Assembly (NCBI GenBank): GCA_029939595.1
Contig: JAOZSQ010000002.1
Coordinates: 2,761-66,760, forward strand
Length of the DNA: 64,000 nt
Direction of reading: 5' to 3'
DNA from: Thermoplasmatota archaeon
GTDB lineage: Archaea > Thermoplasmatota > E2 > DHVEG-1
Shown in pieces: positions 49,401 to 58,638 of the stretch. Numbering within the stretch: the stretch's first letter is position 1; every line of letters starts with the position of its first letter. A program made the translations under genes and the position numbers. A model generated the notes under the pieces. The model was not told the origin of the DNA. It made no database searches and saw only the letters and a list, made by a program, of their open reading frames with translations.

Positions 49401-50132
49401 AACTTCAACAAATATTCCGCTGCCTGAGGAAACATCAAAACTATACCAATCCTCCCAGTCATTATAATCTAAATATCCAACATGTGATCCGGTGGTAATT
49501 TTGATTGCAGACCCAATTGAATTACCCGCATCAGATCCTGAATCTGCATCGTTTTGACCCTGCAATATGACATTAAATGTATATTCGCCTGCTTGATCAT
49601 TTATTGAATAAATATTTATGAAAAACCATCCTGTTTCTCCTGCCACATTCCCACTTGGGATGATTTCTTCATTTCCGTTATATATCTCAATAACAAATTG
49701 AGAGGGGGAAACTGATGAAATAATTGTTTGACCTTCACATGCAGTGAATCGATAACAATCCGCATCATCACCCTCATCAGGATCTAATGTTCCAGTTCTG
49801 CCTCTACCTGGAATTTTTTCATTTACGGGTTCACCAATATAAACTTCATAAGATCTACGAAGTGTATCACCAGCATCGATATTATATCCAATATCGTTCT
49901 GCTCATCAGCCAATGATACGCTTTCAGAGGGTAAATATCTCATCATATCAGTTGTTTTTGTGATATCGATGGAATTTATTGATTCAGTGTTTTCAGTATA
50001 TATTTCAATTGGGTTGTATTTGTTTTCTGTATTCCTTTGAAATGATAGTGCTGTAAGTGTTGGAGTTACAAGCATGATACTGATCATTATGATGAAAAAA
50101 CCTGCCTTACCTAATCCTTTTCTATTTTTCAT
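46428..50132 (-). CDS. Large secreted protein with PPC-like domains and a divergent C-terminal clan CD (C25-like) domain
   Basis: D.D.Y.F and SDFDIHLYNPNG PPC-like motifs; C-terminal IYSGHGT, WSSCTT, TLGEAF, VIFGDPTL. Confidence 0.7.
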   Translation of the reverse strand: MKNRKGLGKAGFFIIMISIMLVTPTLTALSFQRNTENKYNPIEIYTENTESINSIDITKTTDMMRYLPSESVSLADEQNDIGYNIDAGDTLRRSYEVYIGEPVNEKIPGRGRTGTLDPDEGDDADCYRFTACEGQTIISSVSPSQFVIEIYNGNEEIIPSGNVAGETGWFFINIYSINDQAGEYTFNVILQGQNDADSGSDAGNSIGSAIKITTGSHVGYLDYNDWEDWYSFDVSSGSGIFVEVKPEEESDFDIHLYNPNGEHVHSAQFYGEDILEYPADITGTWKIQIDIFPGWDESKWPDNYYLYGSGVYELELSLGGEAEAPPSLKPLQNEIIPIAQTFIINDDQESTKDEYGYLAAIPAANYIENGKRYVSPIVYQGNDIIPNWFTSIDDTTQYLLDDWNTYLDRHDLTPQEYLIPLDPIQAAADIATQHWETVDTAVLAIDGSNFEDIINIVIDQDVSLSCEKETDRFLPGDLTEFSSDFYSKTMYIGSKWAAIYLQAEGDEFAGDTMVLTPRYEAFMADWWPHDSGSNGADKDTFFPITKPGIWVPHVTDIEGLEALTVMKYSGNRHTIDVGPSDSSLKVTLSTQSESDLIAYLIDPEGNVRRPQYPHWNGGEIKPIHQWNGGHWEHDEDEYRHMIIDPHTEFSVEIHNPMQGTWTALVVPYLNLDTWDASFDGSYHIQATIREHNPNRVAAGLSAANAAVLASQKHVPLLYVNENEVPSETSNTLTELGISNIIFVNIDDVSAASPSGTVTKYSTLQDVITAIKTDSNSENVITVTSFATGDGYFGPSGMIAAFHGSPVINIAEAKDAYNTIDMYQTYREFTGDYYHGTRSLGHLPMMDEPIGMTNPPSLLDLIIYFFTNDQTLPPFGLDLKMQWLTTVYDDLHSLIDEYGLDNEGQEIYIFVSPRDTDIRDSIGRAMTGNNSYAGLIPVETTAFSSAIIVRNILYPALIYANPGKDVTTSQHMNYFTGQYDHTGNDGVRYTTYAPRDNKNSFSSFNRFYEGHCMWENFLERYNKGALISIYSGHGTGGSGISSQYKNMKEQFPLAEPYHESLYDFEWWDSWAGYSGYDERQTKTIRDQSMSIYNAEEPSLYDLIHFKWVDQLFENLHSEIDIWSSCTTTSHFGPIVYLSHGTALYAGCLGSGYTLVDDLYKTWILRDVLIKGYTLGEAFSQSHWIVNRDFTTGDPSSVYGSASFFADGISSNNVIFGDPTLQVYNPTWVEPVPILS

Positions 50133-50325
50133 TATTTTCCCCTTTTATAAATTTTTTTTGGTATTATATAGGAAATATTGCCCTATAAATATTTTAATTA
50201 ATATTTTATGCCCATTAACAAATGTATATATTAGTATTAAATATTTTTCACACAATTTTGATACATTATTACAAAAATTAATGTTTAAAGGTTCATTACT
50301 ATGTTTAAAAGTAATTACTTCAATT

Positions 50326-51204
50326 TCATGGATATATTTTAACGACATTTTTATGAATATCAACGCCCATCGAATATGAAATTGGTTGGCATTTACTTCT
50401 TAAAAAATATGCAATAGGGTGGTATGATTGTTCTGAAAAAACCTCATAATTTGCCATTCCTTTACAAATAATAAAGTCACAAGTTTTTAATTTTTCATCT
50501 AGTTTCTTAGGCATATCTTTAAAATCAATTCCCACTGCAAAGCATCCAGTATCGATTATTTCATCAACTACCTCTGAAAAATTGAGTTTTTCAGCATCTT
50601 TCCTAGTTGCATCACTTAAAATTGGGGTACCTTTCACAACTAATGTTATTGTAATATTGGGATATTGTTTTTTTATTTGTTCACAGACTAATTTATCAAA
50701 AACGATTTCACCACAGTTATCTGTGAAATATAATATATGATTACTGTTTTTAAGATATTGTTTTACAAGAGATACATCATCATATCCAAATCCTTCTGAA
50801 ACATAGTCTTGAAATTGATTTATAAACATTTCAGGATGAGAACTACCTCCATCAATACCAAAATCTAATGAATTTCCAACAATGGAGCATAAAATACTCA
50901 TTTTTAATGGGTCCTCAGAAGAAGCGATTGCCTTTTTTACTTCTGGAATTAATGAAATTGCGATTTCATTGCTTGATTCCTTTAATTTTTTATATGGATC
51001 AAAATCTTCTAATGCTGTATAGGCAGCTTCATGGACTTTTGTTGCAATATCTGCACTACAAGTATTATGTGAATATATTTCTACAAATGCTTTTGCAGCA
51101 GCTTTCAACGCTTCATCTATTTTATTGTTGTCAGATGTACTTTCATTTGCTTCAAATAAAATTCTTTTGAATAGACAAGGGACACATTCGTTTTGAATTT
51201 TCAT
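50326..51204 (-). CDS. Damage-control phosphatase, DUF89/ARMT1-like
   Basis: ECVPC, DPY..K..SN, GNSLD, DNCGEIVFD, KGMANYE, SKC. Confidence 0.92.
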   Translation of the reverse strand: MKIQNECVPCLFKRILFEANESTSDNNKIDEALKAAAKAFVEIYSHNTCSADIATKVHEAAYTALEDFDPYKKLKESSNEIAISLIPEVKKAIASSEDPLKMSILCSIVGNSLDFGIDGGSSHPEMFINQFQDYVSEGFGYDDVSLVKQYLKNSNHILYFTDNCGEIVFDKLVCEQIKKQYPNITITLVVKGTPILSDATRKDAEKLNFSEVVDEIIDTGCFAVGIDFKDMPKKLDEKLKTCDFIICKGMANYEVFSEQSYHPIAYFLRSKCQPISYSMGVDIHKNVVKIYP

Positions 51205-51531
51205 GGTATGATATTAGCGAAACAACATTTGCTATTAGAGCCTTCCGACAGATACTGTAGATCTGAAAGTACATATATTTAGTTATAATTATGATAAATA
51301 TTACGTTTATAAACGAATTTTGAAAATGAGAAAAATTGTTTTGCTTAGTTGTTAAGGCCAAAAATTTGGTATGTTTTTTTAAAATAGAAAATCTTGAAAA
51401 AAAGATATATATTAAAAAATCCCGATATTTACAAATGAATAGAACACATTTAAGAAAAAATTTTTAAAGGTGCATATTTACTAACAATGTAGAAGTACAA
51501 AAAAAGATATTTTTGTATTGGAGAAATATAA

Positions 51532-52785
51532 ATGAATATCAAAAGTTTAACATTCGGTATTTTAAGTATGTTGGTAATAACTTGTTTTATCGGTTGCGTT
51601 ACTAATAATGAAACAGAAACTGATGAGATTTTGAAAACATTTGTTGTTACTGAGAGTGAGAGCAAATGGATTATTGATGATGGAGCATTGCAGATGGATT
51701 TTCCAGATGACGCAATTGAAGACGAATTAACTATCGTTATAAAAACTGTTCAAGGAGGAGATGAATCGGATGCTTATATCCCAAACACATTATATTCTTT
51801 TGAACCTGATGGTACGAAATTCAAAAGACTAGTAAAACTCTCAATTCAATATAATCAAGACGATTTACCTCCAGGTATTAACGAGTCAGATCTTAAAATT
51901 GGAAAACTTATAGAAGGTAGTTGGCATCCCATCAATGGAACTGTTGATACGGATAATAATATTGTTTCTACGTTTATATGGTCTTTTACGCGATTTGGAA
52001 TGATTTGTGCAAATTCCAATGATCATGATTGGTGGGGGTCTTTTTTAGAAGTACCATCTGATATTTCACCTTTTGATATGGATGAAGTTATTGACCCTGA
52101 GGATAAAATAAAAGATTCTGAAGATGAAGGATCTTGGGATTTTGGTGATGATGAAATTATTCATTTAGATAGCCCATTTTTTTGTCATGATTCAGGAGAT
52201 AAATTTTCAGGATGGACAAAGATATCTGGTGATTGGTATGGAGTTAAGCTTGATGGACATGGAAAAATGACTAATTATTTTACTTGTAATGGTACGAAAT
52301 TTCAATATGATTCACTTGCATATAATGGAGTGTATTCTGATGTAGATTTCCTTGTTTCAACAGATCTTGACTCAGGTTCATCAATAAGTATAATTGTTCG
52401 TGGACAAATATATCCTTTAAATAGCATCGGAAATTGGAACTCATACTATAAATTAACTTTTGAATATTCATATGGACAATATTCTCTGCACTTTAATAAA
52501 AAAATTGACAAGAATACCACGACTCTCTGGGAAGATCAAGGATTTGTCCCCAACAAACAACCAACTAGTACTGAACATGAACAGGCATTTAGAGTGGTTA
52601 TGATAGATGAACATATCTATATCTATTATTCATATTTTGATCCATATAATCCCAACAGAGATTATGAGGAACTTCTTTGGTCTGGAACTGATTCAGATAT
52701 AAAAAGTGGAAGTATTGGTATCATGGGGTTTTGCTCCAGAAGTGATGTGCGATACAAGCTTTTCTGGACAGAACTTTGGTTATGA
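51532..52785 (+). CDS. Lipoprotein with ZU5-like N-terminal domain and beta-sandwich C-terminal domain
   Basis: Lipobox FIGC; FPDDA..FEPDGT.F...V.L.I.Y...LP....DL.I...W......VD.....V. Confidence 0.7.
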   Translation: MNIKSLTFGILSMLVITCFIGCVTNNETETDEILKTFVVTESESKWIIDDGALQMDFPDDAIEDELTIVIKTVQGGDESDAYIPNTLYSFEPDGTKFKRLVKLSIQYNQDDLPPGINESDLKIGKLIEGSWHPINGTVDTDNNIVSTFIWSFTRFGMICANSNDHDWWGSFLEVPSDISPFDMDEVIDPEDKIKDSEDEGSWDFGDDEIIHLDSPFFCHDSGDKFSGWTKISGDWYGVKLDGHGKMTNYFTCNGTKFQYDSLAYNGVYSDVDFLVSTDLDSGSSISIIVRGQIYPLNSIGNWNSYYKLTFEYSYGQYSLHFNKKIDKNTTTLWEDQGFVPNKQPTSTEHEQAFRVVMIDEHIYIYYSYFDPYNPNRDYEELLWSGTDSDIKSGSIGIMGFCSRSDVRYKLFWTELWL

Positions 52786-52983
52786 AGATGAAATCTTTTC
52801 TTATTTTCCTTTCTTTTATAACTGTTCTATTTATTTTTTTTATTTGGGTGTAATGAGAGTATTAAAATATTAAAAAAGATCATATGATATATCATTTAAT
52901 AAATATATTAAATCTTTATTTGTAAAAAATGATAGGATTTTTAAAGTACTAGTTTATAGATATATTTGGTTAGAGAGAGAAAG

Positions 52984-53400
52984 ATGGGCCGATATCAGAA
53001 GAAACCCTATAAAAAACAATCTGTTGATCCTTTAAATGCAATTGATATTGAAAAGGAATATATTGATGCAATGAAGGAAAATGACAATAATGATATTTTT
53101 GACCAATTATTCACAGAAGAATATGAAGAGACGCCTTTTTTTGATGAACCTGAGATTGTAACACAGTTACGTCGTGAGGAATTTGAAGGAAAATTACCAA
53201 TCTTACCTGTTTCATATTTTCTTGAAAATGATAACAATGCAGAAGATTCCCCTTTGATAACGAAAATGAATACTTTACCAAAAATTAATACCAAACCTTG
53301 TTTATCATATGAAGAAACATTAGAGATTGCAAGAAAATCCTTTAAGAATATTAGCACTGAAAAAAGCCATTCAATTTCATTTATTGAAGATACAACATAA
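52984..53400 (+). CDS. Hypothetical acidic protein
   Basis: 138-aa ORF from ATG 52984 filling the gap; no recognisable motif. Confidence 0.6.
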   Translation: MGRYQKKPYKKQSVDPLNAIDIEKEYIDAMKENDNNDIFDQLFTEEYEETPFFDEPEIVTQLRREEFEGKLPILPVSYFLENDNNAEDSPLITKMNTLPKINTKPCLSYEETLEIARKSFKNISTEKSHSISFIEDTT

Positions 53401-53429
53401 GACATTTCAATTTTTTTTTCAAATATATC

Positions 53430-55019
53430 TCACAATTTTTTAGATAAGTAAATACCGTGATCTTTAAAATCATGATATTTTCTATAATATTCTTTCACTC
53501 CAACGCCGCTTAATACATATAGATCCTTGCAATCAAATTCATCTTTACTTATTCGAACTGCTTCATGTAATAATCGTGAGCCAAATCCCTTATGTTGAAT
53601 GCCTTTTTCACTCTTATTTCCAATTTCAATTTCTTTTCCTACAACTTTTAATTCACGTATCATCATCACTCTTTTGTTATATAATTCAGGGCGATGGGAT
53701 GAATGGATTTCACGTAACCGTAAATATGCAATCACAGCATCATATTTTTTTATAACCATGGAAAGGAATATTTCTGTACCATCATTGGCTTGATATATTG
53801 TTTTTTTAAAATCTGGATTTTTAGTATCTATCTGTGTTTGATGTTTTAATGATAAATGCCCGATTTCTCTACCTCGTAACTCCTTAGATCCAATACCTTT
53901 TTCATCTAATATATCATCGACTAATTGTCTTAAGTTGCTCTTTTTAACACCTGACTCTATGAATTGAGCAGGAACATCACGTTGAATACGTTGAATACGT
54001 ATCCATTCAGGGATAAGTGGAATAATATCGGCGATAAGTTTTGTTGCATTAGATGAGTTCAATGGAGAAAATTGTTTTTTCTTCCAAATATCATATAATG
54101 GTGTCCCTTTGATTACTAAACATGGATAAATTTTTATCATATCTGGTTTAAAATCAGGATGAGAAAATATGGTTTCAAAAAGTTTTTTATCTCTTTTTTC
54201 ATCTGAGCCAGGTAGCCCTGGCATTAGATGGTAACAAACTTTAAACCCTGCATTTTTTGCAATACGGGTTGCGTCAATTGAATCATTAACTGTGTGACCT
54301 CGTTTGATGATATGTAATACATCATCATAGATTGTTTGAACTCCAAGCTCCACGCGTGTTGCACCAAAATCTAGGGTTTGATCAACTTGTTGCAGACGGA
54401 ACCAATCTGGACGTGTTTCAATTGTTAATCCAATACAACGATGTTTAGCAGTTTCATTTTTTTTCATTGCATTAAACAATGAATCTGAATTGGAATCATT
54501 CATTGCATCATAACATCGCTTCATATACCATTCTTGATACCAAGGATTTCTTGCAGTAAATGTACCACCCATGACAATAAGATCAACCTTATCTGTTGGA
54601 TGCCCAATACATTTTAGTTGATATAATCTAGCTTTAACTTGGTCAAATGGATTAAAATCATGCATTTTACCTCGCATAGCTGCTGGTTCAAAACCTGTGT
54701 AACTCTGTGGTGAATCATACAATGGCCCCCCGGGACAAGGAATACATTTTCCATGTGGGCAAGATTCAGGAGAGGTCATCACAGCAACAATTGCAACACC
54801 TGAAATCGTTCGCATTGGTTTCCGTTGCAACGCTTGAATTAACTGGACCTTTTTATTTTCTGAATAGGATGAGGAGATATTTGCAATAATGTCGCTGTTT
54901 GATGGAATGTCTTTAAAATGATATTTTTTACATAATTTCATTTTCCAACGATGAATATCGTTTTTATTTACCGATTCTTCTGAAAGAATTTTTAAGCAGA
55001 TTTCTTCATAAAATGTCAT
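53430..55019 (-). CDS. elp3: tRNA uridine(34) acetyltransferase Elp3 (radical SAM plus GNAT)
   Basis: RTISGVAIVAV, CPHGKCIPCPGG, PQSYTG.EPA, ETRPD, QHKGFG..L; start set at ATG 55019. Confidence 0.96.
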   Translation of the reverse strand: MTFYEEICLKILSEESVNKNDIHRWKMKLCKKYHFKDIPSNSDIIANISSSYSENKKVQLIQALQRKPMRTISGVAIVAVMTSPESCPHGKCIPCPGGPLYDSPQSYTGFEPAAMRGKMHDFNPFDQVKARLYQLKCIGHPTDKVDLIVMGGTFTARNPWYQEWYMKRCYDAMNDSNSDSLFNAMKKNETAKHRCIGLTIETRPDWFRLQQVDQTLDFGATRVELGVQTIYDDVLHIIKRGHTVNDSIDATRIAKNAGFKVCYHLMPGLPGSDEKRDKKLFETIFSHPDFKPDMIKIYPCLVIKGTPLYDIWKKKQFSPLNSSNATKLIADIIPLIPEWIRIQRIQRDVPAQFIESGVKKSNLRQLVDDILDEKGIGSKELRGREIGHLSLKHQTQIDTKNPDFKKTIYQANDGTEIFLSMVIKKYDAVIAYLRLREIHSSHRPELYNKRVMMIRELKVVGKEIEIGNKSEKGIQHKGFGSRLLHEAVRISKDEFDCKDLYVLSGVGVKEYYRKYHDFKDHGIYLSKKL

Positions 55020-55136
55020 ATCAACTGAGGAATCATCAAAACGATTACATAAAAAACTTTGCAATAAATTATTCTGATGTTTTTTGGATAAATTAATAAG
55101 GGATAGTGCATTCAGAATCAACTGTTGAGGATCATT

Positions 55137-56120
55137 ATGACATCAAATATTATTGAAACAACTAATCTTACAAAAACATATGGTGATTTTACAGCTGTTG
55201 ACTCTATCTCATTTTCAGTTAAAAAAGGAGAAATATTTGGTTTTCTTGGACCAAATGGTGCTGGAAAAACAACTACAATTAAAATTCTTACTACTTTATT
55301 GATGCCAACTAAGGGATCTGCCCATATTAACAATCATGATATCAAGAAAAAAAGAGATTCTGTACGACAATCAATTGGTGTGGTGTTTCAAGAACCAGCA
55401 TTAGATATTGAACTTACTGGAAGGGAGAATCTTGATTACCATGCCCGTATGTATGGAATTGAACGATCTATAAGAAAAGAACGGATTGATGAAGTTTTAG
55501 CACTTGTTGATCTCACTGATAAAAAAGATGTGTTTGTAAAAAAGTATTCAGGCGGAATGAAAAGAAGATTAGAGATTGCCCGAGGGCTAATGCATAGTCC
55601 AAAGGTCTTATTTCTAGATGAACCAACGCTTGGACTTGATGCACAGACCCGAAGAGCAATTTGGGAATATGTTAAAAAAATGAATAAAGATAAGCATACA
55701 ACTATTTTTCTTACAACACATTACATGGATGAAGCTGATTTTCTTTGTGATCGAATTGCAATTATAGATCATGGAAAAATATTAGTTACAGATACAACAA
55801 GTAATCTTAAAACAACTGTTGGAAATGATATTATTACTGTATCAACTTCTGAGGATATTAAATTTAAATCATATTTAAATGATGTCGCTTGGATTAAACA
55901 AATTGACAGTCATGAAAATCATCTTACTCTGGGTGTTGAAAAGGGAGATGAAAAAATACCTGCACTTATTGAATTAGCACAGCAAAAAAGCATTCAGGTT
56001 AAATCAATTAGTGTTCATAAGCCAAATCTTGATGATGCATTTCTTCACTATACGGGGCGCAGTATGAGAGATGAAATATCAAATAATAATACACAGCAGA
56101 ATTTTCATCATGGGAGATAA
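55137..56120 (+). CDS. ABC exporter ATP-binding protein (DrrA-like)
   Basis: GPNGAGKTT, YSGGM, LFLDEPT, TTHYM. Confidence 0.95.
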   Translation: MTSNIIETTNLTKTYGDFTAVDSISFSVKKGEIFGFLGPNGAGKTTTIKILTTLLMPTKGSAHINNHDIKKKRDSVRQSIGVVFQEPALDIELTGRENLDYHARMYGIERSIRKERIDEVLALVDLTDKKDVFVKKYSGGMKRRLEIARGLMHSPKVLFLDEPTLGLDAQTRRAIWEYVKKMNKDKHTTIFLTTHYMDEADFLCDRIAIIDHGKILVTDTTSNLKTTVGNDIITVSTSEDIKFKSYLNDVAWIKQIDSHENHLTLGVEKGDEKIPALIELAQQKSIQVKSISVHKPNLDDAFLHYTGRSMRDEISNNNTQQNFHHGR

Positions 56121-56126
56121 CAAAAC

Positions 56127-56891
56127 ATGATTCAAAATGAGATGCAGGCAATTTATGTGATGTGGCTTCGTCAGATGAAACGATTCATCCGTTTTAAAAG
56201 TAGATTGATTGCAATGCTGGTTCAACCTCTCTTATTTTTGTTCATATTTGGTTCTGGTTTTGGTGGTGTACGATTTCCAGGGTTGGAAGATATTTCATTT
56301 ATCCATTTTTTTGCACCTGGAATAATTACCATGGCAATTCTTTTTTCATCAATGTTTACTGGAATCTCGGTTTTATGGGATAAACAATTTGGTTTTCTTC
56401 AAGAGGTTCTTGTTGCACCAATCAGTCGCTTTTCAATTGTTATTGGAAGGACACTAGGAGGGGCAACTATTGCGTTGATTCAAGGTTTCATTATATTAAT
56501 AATATCGGTATTACTTGGAACCCCAATTTCAAGTGTTTCTGGATTGATCCTTGCTATAATTTTTATGATTTTAATCGCGATTTCAGCAGTTGGTTTTGGC
56601 CTAATTCTTGCATCTAAAATGAATGATTTTCAATCGTTTCCACTCATCATGAATCTTGTTATTATGCCATTGCTTTTTCTTTCATCAGCATTTTTTCCAG
56701 TTGTTGAAAACCCAACACTAAAAACAATAGCATTTTTGGATCCTTTATTCTATATGGTTGATGGGTTGAGAGGTAGTTTAGTTGGTGCAGCAAACATTAA
56801 CCCTCCTTTATACAATCTTGTAATTGTATTTTGTATATGTATTGTAATGATTGCTCTTGGTAGTTATTCATTTAATCGAAGTGAAATCTAA
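56127..56891 (+). CDS. ABC-2 type permease
   Basis: FFAPGI, WDKQFGFLQEVLVAPISR, 6 TM helices. Confidence 0.93.
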   Translation: MIQNEMQAIYVMWLRQMKRFIRFKSRLIAMLVQPLLFLFIFGSGFGGVRFPGLEDISFIHFFAPGIITMAILFSSMFTGISVLWDKQFGFLQEVLVAPISRFSIVIGRTLGGATIALIQGFIILIISVLLGTPISSVSGLILAIIFMILIAISAVGFGLILASKMNDFQSFPLIMNLVIMPLLFLSSAFFPVVENPTLKTIAFLDPLFYMVDGLRGSLVGAANINPPLYNLVIVFCICIVMIALGSYSFNRSEI

Positions 56892-56932
56892 GAATAAAGA
56901 TTTCTGAATCTAAGGATATTTAAATTATTTTT

Positions 56933-58492
56933 TTAGATCCAGGGCCAGAGATGATACCAGATTCCTTCAAGAAATAGATCAATGCTCATAGAATGAAAAT
57001 CAATAGTGCCTGATTTATCAATGTTCCAATCAATTGGTGGCCAAATCGTCCATTCTAACATGAAATCTTCTGCTTTTACAAATTCACCTTGGGTTCTTAT
57101 TCCAAGATCTGAGCCTTTAATCAACATATCGATTGTATTAAGTGGAACAGAATCTGTATCAAAGGAGAAATATCCTGAAACATCAGTATGCCAGGTTATC
57201 TTAATGTTTTCTGCAGTTGGTTCTGCATCAATTCGTGCTTCCCATTCATCAATGATGAAATCAAGGTCAATATGAAATGAGGTATCTTTTATTATGGTGA
57301 AATCCCCTGGATCAGTTAAATTCCAAAATGCTGAAAATTCAATAACCTCAATGTCTTGTATACTAAGATTAATCGTTGGATTGTCTAATGAATCAAGCAG
57401 AAACACATTAGTATCTGTTGCATCAATGTTCAGATGATAGTAACCATTTTCTTTTGATGGATCCCATTCAGCATAGAAATATTTTGGAGTATTTTTTACA
57501 ACTGCATATTTAACTGAACCCATATTATTTGATTCAATAAGTATTGATGTATCATAGTATGAGTTACTTTGGTATTCAATGACTCCACCACCTTTGGAAA
57601 ATGGCGTTATCCCTAGTGAAAAGGATACATCAGAAGGTAAAGGATCAATTATTAGATTTGTTTCAATTGGGGTATCATCGGTTGTTTTCATAATCTTAAT
57701 AGATGCCGTGGTGGGTATAGTATTTCCTTTTGTGATACTATATTGGAAAACACCTTGGGATTTGGTGGATTCAATAGTGATTTGTTTGTTGTTAACTGGT
57801 TCAAACATAAATTCATATGATTGAGTACTAGCACCATTTTTATATCTTGTAAAAAATGTTAGTTTATGATCTTGGTTACTTGAATCATATTGGGGATTCA
57901 TTTCAAATGAGATCCCTGATGTTCCAGTTTCTGGTTTGTAGAATATGAATGATGATAATTGTAGAAAACTAGGTATTTCATTTTGATTTGTTTGAGGGGA
58001 TTGGTAGCCAAGATGCATCATTCCACCAAACATATTAGATGAGAGTGTAAAAGATTGAGATTTAATCTCGTCTCCAATTCGTTCTATTGTAAGTAAAAAA
58101 CGTAATCCAATTTGAATTGAGGTTTGTGTTTCTAGCCAAGGAAGAATCAGATATTGTATTCGAATATCTTTTCCATTTATGCCAGTATTTTCATTATTAT
58201 CCACATCGAGTTCATTGAATTGACCAAACGTGATTTGAAATGATTTATCAATAGCTCCACAGCTTGTTGTAATTGTACTTTCAAGAAAAGGAATTTGACC
58301 TGGAGTTGTATTTATTCTTCTTTTTGGTAATATTATGTCTATGAATGATTTTTTTCTTTCGTGTTTTTGAGTATTGATATCATCGTTCTGAATTGTTGAG
58401 ATTGCAACAGAAGAAAACATTGTTGCAATTAATAAAACTATAATGATAAAACTGCCCAATTTTATGGTATTGTGTTTCTTCATTTTTTTCAC
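56933..58492 (-). CDS. Secreted beta-rich hypothetical protein
   Basis: Signal peptide; DVDNN..TG.NGKD Ca-binding-like loop; no family recognised. Confidence 0.75.
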   Translation of the reverse strand: MKKMKKHNTIKLGSFIIIVLLIATMFSSVAISTIQNDDINTQKHERKKSFIDIILPKRRINTTPGQIPFLESTITTSCGAIDKSFQITFGQFNELDVDNNENTGINGKDIRIQYLILPWLETQTSIQIGLRFLLTIERIGDEIKSQSFTLSSNMFGGMMHLGYQSPQTNQNEIPSFLQLSSFIFYKPETGTSGISFEMNPQYDSSNQDHKLTFFTRYKNGASTQSYEFMFEPVNNKQITIESTKSQGVFQYSITKGNTIPTTASIKIMKTTDDTPIETNLIIDPLPSDVSFSLGITPFSKGGGVIEYQSNSYYDTSILIESNNMGSVKYAVVKNTPKYFYAEWDPSKENGYYHLNIDATDTNVFLLDSLDNPTINLSIQDIEVIEFSAFWNLTDPGDFTIIKDTSFHIDLDFIIDEWEARIDAEPTAENIKITWHTDVSGYFSFDTDSVPLNTIDMLIKGSDLGIRTQGEFVKAEDFMLEWTIWPPIDWNIDKSGTIDFHSMSIDLFLEGIWYHLWPWI

Positions 58493-58638
58493 CTCTTTAT
58501 CAATTATTATATCTGTTTGTCATTATCTAAAACATTTTCGATATTAACATCGACGATAAGCGTTATTTATTAAGAATTTAGAAATATTTTCTCTTGTTGA
58601 ATGCAGATCAAAAAAATAGTAAGAGATACTAATAATGT

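Noticed and set aside
50140-50220. Fourth copy of the RNA motif upstream of the 1234-aa gene (TAATACC-A8..AGGGG)
   Set aside because: Only the 3' flank is similar; the GTAGTGG/CCACTAC helix and TTCTTGTTTT tract are absent and the hairpins are AT-only.
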